Below are positions 23,547 through 37,344 of a stretch of 64,000 nt of DNA, piece by piece; positions within the stretch are counted from its first letter, which is position 1; each line of letters starts with the position of its first letter. Source of the stretch: Macrostomum lignano (taxonomy: Eukaryota); contig NIVC01000643.1 of the NCBI GenBank assembly GCA_002269645.1, forward strand, positions 1 to 64,000, given 5' to 3'. Below the pieces are notes generated by a model that saw only the letters and a list, made by a program, of their open reading frames with translations, made no database searches and was not told where the DNA came from. The position numbers and the translations under genes are program-made.

Positions 23547-24332
23547 TGCTTGACGTTTTTGATTGCTGCATAAATATATTTAAAGTGAATCCAAATTATA
23601 CAACATCCAACATTATATAAAAATAATTACACAAAAATAAATTGCACAAAATCTAAAGTATCCAACACAAGAACCTACTCAAAGTTGAAGTGAGCACAAT
23701 TCAGAAACAACAGTAAAGCATACAGTTCAGACTCTGTTTATTCGCTAAGGTGAGAAGCATCTGGTAAAGAATTCATTTCACATCTACTAAAAACAACTAA
23801 TGGAACGAATTACACGAGAAATTCGCATCTTCATATCTATAACTCAGCGTCATTCGCACTCGAAGCAGTCACCACTGCTGGCGCTGCTGAGCCAGCTTCC
23901 ATTGTCAGAGAACAGTGTGATTGGATCCGCAATATTTACATTGAAATTAGCAATTATATTGAATTAAAAGGTACATTGAAGGTGAGTAAGTATCAGGCCT
24001 CTAAGCCAAACTTGAAAGAGAGAACTCTGTGCTCTGCTAAAACTTGAACTTGCGCAGCATGCGGCCAGCCGCTCATATCCGAACAGCATAAAATTTGAAT
24101 CACAAAGCTGTCGTTTCGGGAAAAAGCAGCAGGCAATAAATGGTTATGACACGCTAAATTTCTCTGGTTGACTTTTAAAGCAAATTGAAACGTTGTGATA
24201 AAATGTTCTTAAATTTCGGAATAAGAAAAACTGAAGCAAAAAAGTAGACATTGTTTGACATGATTTTTACCTCGAAAATTTTGGTTCTCAAAGTTCGTCA
24301 GCTCTGCTCAGCCGCACCTGCTGCATTCGCAC

Positions 24333-25105
24333 TCAGCGGCGGACAAAGAAGTCGCCGCTGCTGGCGCTGCTGAGCGCGGCCGGGACCGCAGCGAGCTCCA
24401 GCAGGTGGCACAGGCGCTGCTGCTGGCTGAAGATCACCGCCTGGCAACCGGAGCGGCATCGGTACAGGCACTCGGGCAGCCCGGCACTCTGCAGTGTTCT
24501 GAAGGCGGGCGCATCCGGGATGTTCAGCTCAACGAAGGTCCGGTTACCGGGGACGAACACGTTCCGGTCTGCAGTGCAGAGTGAGCGCCAGTTGCATCAA
24601 AAACAAGCATCTCTACACAAAAAGCAATTTGTACTTTTAACCTACTCATGCAAGCGTCTTCCGAACTGCCCGTGTAGCTCAGCCGGAGCACTCGGTTTCG
24701 GTAGTCGCCTCCGCAGTTCTGGCGCGAGTTTCCACTGCAAACGTGGATGCACTCCCAGGCAGGAGCAGCGCCCTGCGACCCGTAGGAGTTGCCGCAGAAG
24801 CACCAGTATATGGCCTGCAGAGCCGCGAACTGGAAGCCGCCCAGAGCGCAGACGCTGCCGCACAGCTCGTGAGTCATTGTCGAGTAGCTGCCGACAAAAG
24901 CGGTGCCGCCTTCGAATATCGGAGATACCTCGGAGCTGCCGATCCGTGTGAGGCCAATGTGCTTCATGTCACCGACGTCTCTCACGCCATTTGCGCCGTC
25001 AACGAAGCAGCCGAGGTCCGAGATGTGGAACTGGCGACAGAGAGCGGCGCAGATCAGGCAGCTCAGGATCGGAGCGCAGAAGCAGGTCCTGTACAGAGCC
25101 GGCAT
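24333..25105 (-). CDS. Secreted WSC + PAN/apple-like protein, paralog 2; exons 24646-25105 and 24333-24568
   Basis: Near-identical architecture to 13652-15077; phase-1 GTAGG donor and CTGCAG acceptor. Confidence 0.88.
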
Positions 25106-25316
25106 GGCAGGCTGATTGCCAGTGCGATTTTCACAGAAAATTGGCGGAGTTCGGACTCAGAGTAGAGAGAGCGGATTCGCATCGAGAGGCCTCATCACAG
25201 CTGTGTGAAGCGTATTATATTTTCTAACACAGAGACAATGGGCCTTCAGTACAGAACCCGTGACGGGTTTGCACAACCGCGTGAGCCCTGATTGGAATCC
25301 GTTGGCTGCTGCCATT

Positions 25317-25355
25317 GCGTCAAAGCCAACAGGCCCGCCGTCTATTTGCGTGAAT
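25317..25355 (-). promoter_or_regulatory. Conserved upstream element of WSC-PAN paralog 2
   Basis: Matches 13334-13372. Confidence 0.5.
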
Positions 25356-25859
25356 GAAAATTGATTTCATATTCCATGAATTTCTGGGCTGCAGTTTTTG
25401 AAATAGTTCGTATTTGCAGCAACAAAGCTTGCTATAGGCCCTTAATTAAGGATGAGCATAACACATGAAATAACTGAGCGTCTAATTGAGACGCACAAGG
25501 ATTTGTTGCGCACCTTTGCGGCTCGCATGTACTCGCGTTAGATGAGGCCAAGTAAGAAAAAAGTGAAGTGAAGTGGCGCAGTTTGTTTACTATAAATTAA
25601 TTTACATAATAGAGAGAGCAATCAAGACAGCGGCGGGAGGCTGCCCATTAGGGGCTTCTGATGGGCGGGCCTTGAAAGAAACCCCCTCCCCAGGATCGCT
25701 AAAGCAGCCTTCAATTCTGTGCAACGCTTCCATACTCCAGAAGAGTCAACGGATGCATAAAAGTTCCACTTTCCACCACCGTGTCACCAATACTCAATCG
25801 TACATCCTCAATTGTTAAAAATACTCGCGAACACCAAACGCGTGGGCACGAGGGCATGA

Positions 25860-26076
25860 AAAATTGTCTCGAGGGGGTCCCCCCTACCCCTCTTTGGCAA
25901 GTTCGACAGGCAGAAAAAGCGGCTTGGCATTCCTGCCGCCTTATTGAGCCAACAAAGATGAATCATAATTGGATTCTACGGATTAAAATGTGCTTCTACG
26001 AGTAAGCCAGGAAATTTAGCGTAGGAATTACACACGACTAAATAACCGCTTCTAAGTAACCGGAGGCCCACAAATT
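25860..26076 (+). repeat. Interspersed repeat, copy 1
   Basis: Shares TGCCGCCTTATTGAGCCAACAA and AACCGGAGGCCCACAAATT with 28340-28580. Confidence 0.7.
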
Positions 26077-26339
26077 AAGGTAAAAGAAGAACGGCCTGCA
26101 CGTGTCAGTAATATTCTTGGTTGTTAAAATCACCTCACGCATGAGGTGTCTTAAAGCAATCCTTTTGCTTATGTACTTATTATTATTATTGCTTATGCTT
26201 AAGCGAATATACGTACCATTCAGATTACTTGTTAACTGAATGCTCACCACCAAAGCTTCTACTCGTATTTTAACATGCACGGATAAAGAAATAAAATACA
26301 ATAGTGGATCTTCACCATCTTTAACAGACAGATCTGTTA

Positions 26340-26410
<71 letters not shown>

Positions 26411-26411
26411 T

Positions 26412-26478
<67 letters not shown>

Positions 26479-26487
26479 TACAGACAT

Positions 26488-26578
<91 letters not shown>

Positions 26579-26601
26579 TACAGACAGACAGACAGACAGA
26601 C
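26340..26601. repeat. (CAGA)n microsatellite
   Basis: Direct reading. Confidence 0.97.
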
Positions 26602-26681
26602 ACAGCACAGCCTACTAGGACATGGGGTGCAGCAGAACTGTTAGAAGCAGTTTTCTTCCGAACGCATTAACTCCCAAATCG

Positions 26682-28030
26682 TCAGTTAAAAATGATCAGG
26701 CACTCGAAGGTCTTCATCGAATAGGAGGTTGTGAGCAGGACGCCAGTGTCGTACAGCAGGTAGTAGAGTCCGCCTCCAGTGGTGTGGTGCGGGGCGGTCT
26801 TGTAGACAGCGTTCGGGTTCATGAGGGCGCAGTGGGCGAACCACCAGCCGGAGTTGCTGGCGCAGTTGCCAGCGCTGTAGGCGTCATTGTCCGAGTCCGG
26901 CGTGCTGAACTGCTGGCCGCTCGGCAGCCAGTCCACGTTGTCCCGCTGTCCGATGCTCGACCTGTTTGAGTCCGGCGGTCCCATCGAGCACCTGTACTTG
27001 TCAGACGCTGGGCCAACAGAGAACGGAGCATTCTCAACCCAGTACCAGGTGCCGTTCCAGTCGCTGAACTCCCAGCGGACTCTCCACACTCCAGTGGCGG
27101 TGAGCTGGTGCAGCTGCTCCAGCCCCATCCAGTAGTTGAGACTCTCGCCCTGGCCGAATCCGTTGACGTACTCCGACCAGCCGCGGTTGAAGCTGACGGA
27201 GCCGTCAACTCGGTGCTGGAACGTTGTCCAGCACTTCACCGGCTCTCGAATCTGTGGAACGGCCAATGCGGTGGAGAACCAGAGTCGGGCATTTCAATTT
27301 GAGTCTTTCAATCGCAGGGTCTTCTGTATTTTTTCTATACATATCGCCTTTGGCAGTTTTGTATTTTTCGATACATATCGGCTTTTTTTGCAATTTATTA
27401 GTTTTCGATACATATATCGGCTTTATTTCTCTAGTTTCATATTTTTCGATACATATCGGCTTTACTTTTCTAGTTTCATATTTTTCGATACATATCGGCT
27501 TTGTTTCTCTAGTTTCATATTTTTCGATACATATCGGCTTTACTTCTCTAGTTTCATATTTTTCGATACATATCGGCTTTACTTCTCTAGTTTCATATTT
27601 TTCGATACATATCGGCTTTACTTCTCTAGTTTCATATTTTCGATACATATCGGCTTTACAAATCAGCTGCGGGTCGACAGTCGGCCTGCCTTGCGCCAAG
27701 AATTCAATAGTTAGGGTTGCTACTGAAAGCAGCAAGCACCAGCGTACTCACCCACAGCTGAGGCAGGCTGGAGTTGCCCAGATGCCGGCACTTCCTGCAG
27801 CCATCGGCCGGGCCCCTATCGCAGGCCAACAGCGAGCAGGAGCCCGAGGCTGCGTCAAAGCGAACAGCATCCGCATTCTCAGCAGCCGTCATGCAGTGAA
27901 CGTCGCTGACTGCCAGCTTCACTGACAGCACTCGGTACTCGGCGAGGTCGCCACGCTGAAGCTTCCAGCTTGAGTCTGCAGCCACCGCAGCAGCAGTCAG
28001 CAGGGAGCCAATTATGAAGAAAGCCAGCAT
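26682..28030 (-). CDS. Secreted PAN-like + fibrinogen C-terminal domain (FReD) protein; exons 27752-28030 and 26682-27251
   Basis: Signal peptide; phase-0 GT-AG join; WTTFQHRVDGSVSFNRGWSEYVNGFG, YWMGLEQLHQLT, FSTPDSDND, GWWFAHC. Confidence 0.88.
27345..27658. repeat. 39-bp minisatellite in the FReD intron
   Basis: TTTTTCGATACATATCGGCTTTACTTCTCTAGTTTCATA. Confidence 0.93.
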
Positions 28031-28339
28031 TCTTTATTTGCAAATCATTTCTAGGAGCGAGGAAAAGCTCACTAAAAATTCTTTACAGAATGCTTATAAA
28101 TCGTGCTATTGTAAATTAATAACACTAATAGCGGGTGCTGATTGGCCCAGAGGGAGTGTATTGAACACACCAGCGCCTATGGGAAGAATCCACCTTCTGG
28201 CTGAATTGTTAAGTATCCCCATCCATGACAGTCCGGAGGGCTGGCGGCTTCATTATGCTTTGAGCAGGTGGGCTACAAAATGCTGGCCAAAAATTATTTT
28301 CTTGAATTTGCATTGCTCCGTAATTCCCGTGCAGGAAAA

Positions 28340-28580
28340 ATTGTCATGAGAGGGGGGGGGGTTCCCTCTCCTTGGGTAGTTTGACAGGCGGCAAAATGGC
28401 TTGACATTTCTGCATGCCGCCTTATTGAGCCAACAAGGATGCAGCTCTAATTGGATTCTGTGGACCCAGCAGCAGAGGCTCTCCATCGTGGGAACATGTC
28501 TCCCTCTAAGCCAGACAATTTAGCGCATGAATTATACACGACCAGGGAACCGCGCCTTAGCAACCGGAGGCCCACAAATT
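28340..28580 (+). repeat. Interspersed repeat, copy 2
   Basis: See copy 1. Confidence 0.7.
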
Positions 28581-28695
28581 TACGCTGAAAACACGCAACA
28601 CTCAAGAAAGCAGGCCAGACAATAGCCACTTACAAAACAGCCCATTGTCAAATCCTATAATTGCATTTCTCTCTAGTGCAGTACGGGTTGCCACG

Positions 28696-28696
28696 C

Positions 28697-28729
<33 letters not shown>

Positions 28730-28768
28730 CACAGGCAGACAGACAGACAGACAGACAGACAGACAGGC

Positions 28769-28813
<45 letters not shown>

Positions 28814-28820
28814 CACAGGC

Positions 28821-28893
<73 letters not shown>

Positions 28894-28922
28894 GGCAGAC
28901 AGACAGACAGACAGACAGACAG
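28696..28922. repeat. (CAGA)n microsatellite
   Basis: Direct reading. Confidence 0.97.
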
Positions 28923-29071
28923 ATTCGCATATAAAAAAACAAAAGCATGAAAAGCACAGCTCCAATTAGAACAGGAAATGCCAGCGGTACAAATGCCAGC
29001 AGCAGATGTATATTTAGAAATGCACAAGCCTTATGAGAGAAACACTACATGTACGAGTTATGTTGCAGCAA

Positions 29072-31291
29072 TCAGTCATCAGCCAAGTCGGCCTGGCCGA
29101 AGTGACGGGCCACCAGGCAGATGATGAGGCTCAGCGGCACGGCTGCCGGGTGACGCAGGCCGCCTGGCAGCCGCAGGCGCTCCCGACGGCAGGCGCGGGC
29201 GAGCCGCCTGAGCCGGTCGGCCTCCTCGGAGGTGAGGGGGCAGCGCAGGGCCGCCAGCAGGGCGAACAGCCACTGGCCCAGCCTGTCGGTGAAGGGCAGC
29301 GGCTCCGGGCCCGTCAGCCAGTCCGCGTGGTGGCCCAGCAGAGCCAGCAGCGAGGCGCGGGGAAGCCGGCAGACCAGGCTGATCTGCGGGTTGGCAGAGG
29401 CATTCACAAATGGAACCTCAGTATTCACAAATGGCACTCTGATATTCACAAATGGCACTCCAATATTCACAAATGGCACTCTGATATTCACAAATGGCAC
29501 TCCAATATTCACAAATGGCATTGCAATGTTCACAAATGGCACTTAAATATTCAATAATGGCATTTCAATATTCACAAATGGCACTCCAATATTCACAAAT
29601 GGCATTGCAATGTTCACAAATGGCACTTAAATATTCAATAATGCCATTTCAATATTCACAAATGGAACTTAAATATTCACTAATGGCATTTCAATATTCA
29701 CAAATGGCACTTAAATATTCACTAATGGCATTTCAATATTCACAAATGGCACTTAAATATTCACTAATGGCATTTCAATATTCACAAATGGCACTTCACT
29801 AATCAGAAATGGCCCTATAGTACTCAGAACGGCAGTAACATTTCCCAACTCTCACCAGAGGCGGGTGGCCCTCCTCGCTCTGGGCCTCAGCACCACCACT
29901 TTCCTCATCTTCCCCATCCGCAGCCTCCTTTCTCCCAGACTCCAGCTCCTCTCCATCGTCATCTCCAGAATCCTCGTCTTCTCCGCTGCTGCCGTCCTCG
30001 TCATCTCCGCGCCAGTCTCCCGCCGCGGTGCCGCCGGTGCCGTAGCAGAAGGCGCGCCAGGCCCGGCCGTCGGAGGCCTTCGGCAGTCGCGGCGCTTCGG
30101 CGGCGGCCGAGCGGCTCGAGGCCAGCCGCAAGGACTCGGCCAGGCGGTCTCGAAGCTCGGCGAAGGCCGCCACCTGAGAGGCGAGTTCGGTTTAAATGCT
30201 CCAGTTGCTGGATTTTTCTTGACACATTACTGACAGTAGAAATAGCAGAATATTACATGTATAAAATTAATAATAACAAATGTTTATTAACTACGCTACT
30301 TATAGTAGAATTTAGTAGAAATGCATGAATATTAAGGTAAATAATAGGAGTAATTTATTTACTAACTTTTTGATAGTAAATGATGAACGGTTTATAGTAT
30401 CTGAGAACTTAATACTGTTGGTATTTGTTCTGTTGCAAAGACCCCGGGTGCCTTGGAGGTTGGCCCTCAGGGTAGCGCCAATCAAGACTAGCAGGCCAAT
30501 TTTCATGAGCGAGTTTTAAATTGATGGACTAGCACACGGATTCGAACTCATGACTTTTGACATGACTGTGTTTCTGTTGTTGTAAAAGCTTTGAAACACC
30601 GCCTTCAGGGACAAGACCTTCAGGAAAAAGAACTTCAGAACAAAAGACCTTCAGAACAAAAGACCTTCAGGATAAAAGACCTTCAGAACAAAAGACCTTC
30701 AGGACAAAAGACCTTCAGGACACAGCCTTCAGAATGCAACGTTTGGGACAGGCAGGACCTTCAGGACGCAAAGCGGCATCTGAAGCTGTTTTCTCTCTCA
30801 AAGCCGTGTATTCAATTCAAACAGTCTATGCGGCTCAAACATCTGATTAAATGAGTCCCAGCCAGCCAATCAGAGGCAGTTTTCACCTGCTCAGCCTGCC
30901 AGTCAGTTCCGGGCGCCCAGTCCGGGGTGGCGGCGATCCCCCGGTCAGGCGAGGTGACGGCAGAAGAGGAGGCGAGCAGGGCGGACACCTGCATGCCGCG
31001 GCACTTGGCATCGGGCCAGACCGGCTGCCGGCCGCCGCCTCGCGACTGCTGCGGGCCAGACGGCCGGCCCGGCGCCAGTGGCACCGGCTGCTTTGCGACC
31101 ACCACCTTCGGGCAGCGACGCGCCTCGGCCTGCACGCTGCGCAGGTACTCCAGCGCCGAAACGTCAACTTCGGGACCGTCGCCGAAGCCGAGCACGGGAC
31201 GCTGGACGTCATCGAAATCGCCTTCGTCGTCTTCATCCTCTTCTTCATCATCGCGCAGGTCAGCCTCCGCTGCACTCGATTCCGACTGCAT
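29072..31291 (-). CDS. GEMIN2: Gem-associated protein 2 (SMN complex); exons 30887-31291, 29856-30173, 29072-29383
   Basis: ALEYLRSVQAEARRCPKVVVA; WQAEQVAAF; LGQWLFALLAAL..LARAC..LSLIICLVARHFGQADLAD; all joins phase-0 GT-AG. Confidence 0.92.
29401..29800. repeat. 21-bp minisatellite (Gemin2 intron 2)
   Basis: ATTCACAAATGGCACTCCAAT variants. Confidence 0.93.
30600..30770. repeat. About 16-bp repeat AAAGACCTTCAG(A/G)ACA (Gemin2 intron 1)
   Basis: Direct reading. Confidence 0.85.
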
Positions 31292-31479
31292 TCTGGCGAG
31301 TTGCAATCGCTGAAAAGTTCATCAGTGTCTGTATAATACTACTTATTTTTAATAGAACAGTAGCGCAAAAGGCTTTTTTAATGCTAAATTTGATAAATCT
31401 ATAGAAATTCTGCCCGCATTTAGCCTTGGACCGCTGGAACCAACCTGGACGGAACTATGAAAATTTAGGAAGCTGCAGG

Positions 31480-32390
31480 GGTCCATGACAGCAGCAAACC
31501 CCAGTTCTATTACAGCTCCAGGGGTCCATGACAGCAGCAAACCCCAGTTCTATTACAGCTCCAGGGGTCCATGACAGCAGAAAACCCCAGTCCTATTACA
31601 GCTCCAGGGGTCCATCACAGCAGCAAACCCCAGTCCTATTACAGCTCCAGGGGTCCATGACAGCAGAAAAGCCCAGTCCTATTACAGCTCCAGGGGTCTA
31701 TGAAACCAGAAAACCCCAGTTCTATTACAACTCCAGGGATCCATGAAACCAGAAAACCCCAGTCCTATTACAGCTCCAGGGGTCCATGACAGCAGAAAAG
31801 CCCAGTCCTATTACAGCTCCAGGGGTCTATGAAACCAGAAAACCCCAGTTCTATTACAACTCCAGGGATCCATGAAACCAGAAAACCCCAGTCCTATTAC
31901 AGCTCCAGGGGTCTATGAAACCAGAAAACCCCAGTCCTATTACAGCTCCAGGGGTCTATGAAACCAGAAAACCCCAGTCCTATTACAACTCCAGGGATCC
32001 ATGAAACCAGAAAACCCCAGTTATATTACAGCTCCAGGGATCCATGAAACCAGAAAACCCCAGTTCTATTACAGCTCCAGGGGTCCATGCCTGCAGCACA
32101 CTCCAGTCCTATTACAGCTCCAGGGGTCCATGACAGCAGAAAACCCCAGTTCTATTACAGCTCCAGGGGTCCATGACAGCAGAAAACCCCAGTTCTATTA
32201 CAGCTCCAGGGGTCCATGACAGCAGAAAACCCCAGTTATATTACAGCTCCAGGGGTCCATGAAACCAGAAAACCCCAGTTCTATTACAGCTCCAGGGGTC
32301 CATGACAGCAGAAAACCCCAGTTCTATTACAGCTCCAGGGGTCCATGCCTGCAGCAAACCCCAGTCTTATTACAGCCGCAAGGGTCCATG
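31480..32390. repeat. 43-bp minisatellite
   Basis: CCAGTTCTATTACAGCTCCAGGGGTCCATGACAGCAGAAAACC variants. Confidence 0.95.
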
Positions 32391-32795
32391 CCAGCAAATG
32401 ACAAGATGAAATAGAAAAATATCCGCAGTCCCTGCTATTCATTGGAGGCGTTAGCGAGGCATCGAGATTTGTTTCCAAAGTTTATTAATTAATAAATAAC
32501 TAGTATTGTTATTCTCAATAGAAATAAAAGTTGCCAAGCGGAGCGGGTGTACACATGGGCATAAATATGAATTAGCTGATTAATAAGCATATGATAGCTA
32601 ATATTACTAATAAAAACAAAAACAACTTATTAGCAGCAATGGTTGGTCATACCTGATGTGAAGCCGTACAGCAAATATAAAATTGGTAAATGTATCAGAA
32701 AGGGCATAAGAGAAAAGCTTAGAGGCAAATCATACCTGACCAAAGCACAGGGCATTACCGCCCCAGTTACAGAAGCAAGACCGAACAGGTAAAAG
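32370..32795 (-). CDS. Fragment of a multi-pass membrane protein (MFS/MFSD4-like?); candidate exons 32653-32795 and 32370-32431
   Basis: FYLFGLASVTGAVMPCALV..FLIHLPILYLLYGFTS/GTADIFLFHLVICWHG with phase-compatible GT-AG sites; family assignment weak. Confidence 0.35.
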
Positions 32796-33129
32796 CTGCG
32801 GTTTGAATTTAATTAGCATTTAAAATACCTGGGTTCACCTGATTTTTTTAAAAATAAATCAAAGCAAGAGAAAGAGAGAAAAAATTAAAGGTACAGCTAT
32901 TACATAATACGCATCAGCGATATACTCAATTCCTGCATTATTGATTACTGAGCAAGCCTCGTGGCGTTGGTAAGTTGACGCGCGAATAATTAAGCGAAAT
33001 GAAAACTGACAAAATTTCCAAGCCTACTGAGGTATTTTAATTACTGATGTACGCATTTCATTATTTGCATAAGCAAAATCCTGCCATTAGCGAAGGAAAT
33101 GAGAAGTGTCAGAGCACTGACTTCATTGC

Positions 33130-34120
33130 GTGTACATTGGGGGGGGGTAGAGTTTAGCTGGACTGAGTGTACATTGGGGGTAGAGCTCCACTGGATTGAG
33201 TGTACATTGGGAGGGTAGAGCTCAGCTGGACTGAGTGTAGATTGGTGGGGGAAAAGTTTAGCTGGACTGAGTGTACATTGGGGGGTAGAGTTTAGCTGGA
33301 CTGAGTGTACATTGGGGGGTAGAGTTTAGCTGGACTGAGTGTACATTGGGGGGTAGAGTTTAGCTGGACTGAGTGTACATTGGGAGGGTAGAGTTTAGCT
33401 GGACTGAGTGTACATTGGGAGGGTAGAGTTTAGCTGGACTGAGTGTACATTGGGGGGGGTAGAGTTTAGCTGGACTGAGTGTACATTGGGGGTAGAGTTT
33501 AGCTGGACTGAGTGTACATTGGGGGGTAGAGTTTAGCTGGACTGAGTGTACATTGGGGGGATAGAGTTTAGCTGGACTGAGTGTACATTGGGAGGGTAGA
33601 GTTTAGCTGGACTGAGTGTACATTGGGGGGGGGGTAGAGTTTAGCTGGACTGAATGTACATTGGGGGTAGAGTTTAGCTGGACTGAGTGTACATTGGGGG
33701 TAGAGTTTAGCTGGACTGAGTGTACATTGGGGGGGGTAGAGTTTAGCTGGACTGAATGTACATTGGGGGTAGAGTTTAGCTGGACTGAGTGTACATTGGG
33801 GGTAGAGTTTAGCTGGACTGAATGTACATTGGGGGTAGAGTTTAGCTGGACTTAGTGTACATTGGGGGTAGAGTTTAGCTGGACTGAGTGTACATTGGGG
33901 GTAGAGTTTAGCTGGACTGAGTGTACATTAGGGGTAGAGTTTAATTAGTTGGACTGAGTGTACATTACGGCGTTAGATTTCAGCTGGACTGATTGTACAC
34001 TTGGGGGTAGAGTTAGCTGGACTGGGTGTACATTTAAAGGGGAGATGGGTATGGGTGTACATTGGGGGTAGAGTTAGCTGGACTGGGTGTACATTTAAAG
34101 GGTAGAGGGGTAGAGTTCAG
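33130..34120. repeat. 34-36-bp minisatellite with a variable G run
   Basis: GTAGAGTTTAGCTGGACTGAGTGTACATTGGGGG. Confidence 0.95.
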
Positions 34121-34889
34121 CTGGGTAGGTACACACGTGCACATTTTAGATGCCCATCGGGAAGCAATGAGGAAAGAGAGGAATCGCATTGGAACAGAAA
34201 ATTCCCAGTTAGTGGAGTTTCTGCATCCTTGACAAGACAGTTATTATTATTATAAAACTATAATTAAAGCGCAGCAAACACGCAGAATAAAAGTGGAAAC
34301 ACGAGTTCGCTGATATCTTCAGTGGATTTGCATTGAACGCAGACTTCTGCAGTAAAGCCTGATTTCCAGGAATACAGTACAACTTCTGCATACGGCGGCT
34401 GCTTAAACTGGTGGGCAAACTTGTACAGCAATATACTACTCAAAGTAGGAGTAGGACGCTAACGCTAGACTACTATTATTGAAATGAGACAGAAAAAGTG
34501 AGGTATTATTAATATTATTATTAGCACTCAACAGTGCTGCAGCCGCCCGTGGTTAAAGTTTGATGGCGCATGAATAATCCTCGGGGGAGACAGAATGGGG
34601 AATTCGTATTTACAGAAATATCCATTTACACAGATAAATATTTTATTCGGGCCGGATGAGGTCTATGCACACAATGGGATCGCGAGTGCGACTTGATGGC
34701 GCTATGAATTATGAATAGAGGGAAATGAGTTTCAGAGAATCCGGTTAAGTCCCGGTGCGTGCGGCTTCCTGCCGAGGATCGCGGAGAGGCTCTACTGCTA
34801 TCGCTACTGCTGGCCGCGCTCTCAGGCGCTGCCTGCGGCCGCTGCTGCCACCTGGAACCGGAGTGAAAGGGCTTCGAATGACCGGCAAT

Positions 34890-35216
34890 GAGCCTGCCTT
34901 CCCACCCTGTCTGCTCATCCCCCACACTGACTGCTCATCTCCAACCCTGTCTGCTCATCCCCCACACTGACTGCTCATCTCCAACCCTGTCTGCTCATCC
35001 CCCATCCTGTCACCCTGTCTGCTCATCACCCACCCTGACTATTCATCCCCCACCCTGACTACTCATTCCCTACCCTGACTGCTCATCCCCCACCCTGACT
35101 GCTCATCCCCCACCCTGACTGCTCATCCCCCACCCTGACTGCTCATCCCCCATCCTGACTGCTCATCCCCCATCCTGACTGCTCATCCCCCACCCTGACT
35201 GCTCATCCCTCACCCT
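34890..35216. repeat. 20-bp minisatellite CCCTGACTGCTCATCCCCCA
   Basis: Direct reading. Confidence 0.9.
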
Positions 35217-35311
35217 GAGGCTCGAAATAGCTCCACTTTAGACACCCGTACCCCGCCCCAACCGGCCAATCAGCACGCGAGCACAGTGAGCTCACCACGA
35301 CAGTCCGGTGC

Positions 35312-37327
<2,016 letters not shown>

Positions 37328-37344
37328 CAAAATCTATCATCAAG

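Noticed and set aside
30538-30549. tRNA B-box-like GAGTTCGAATCC on the minus strand
   Set aside because: No A-box or cloverleaf could be built; at most a decayed SINE fragment.
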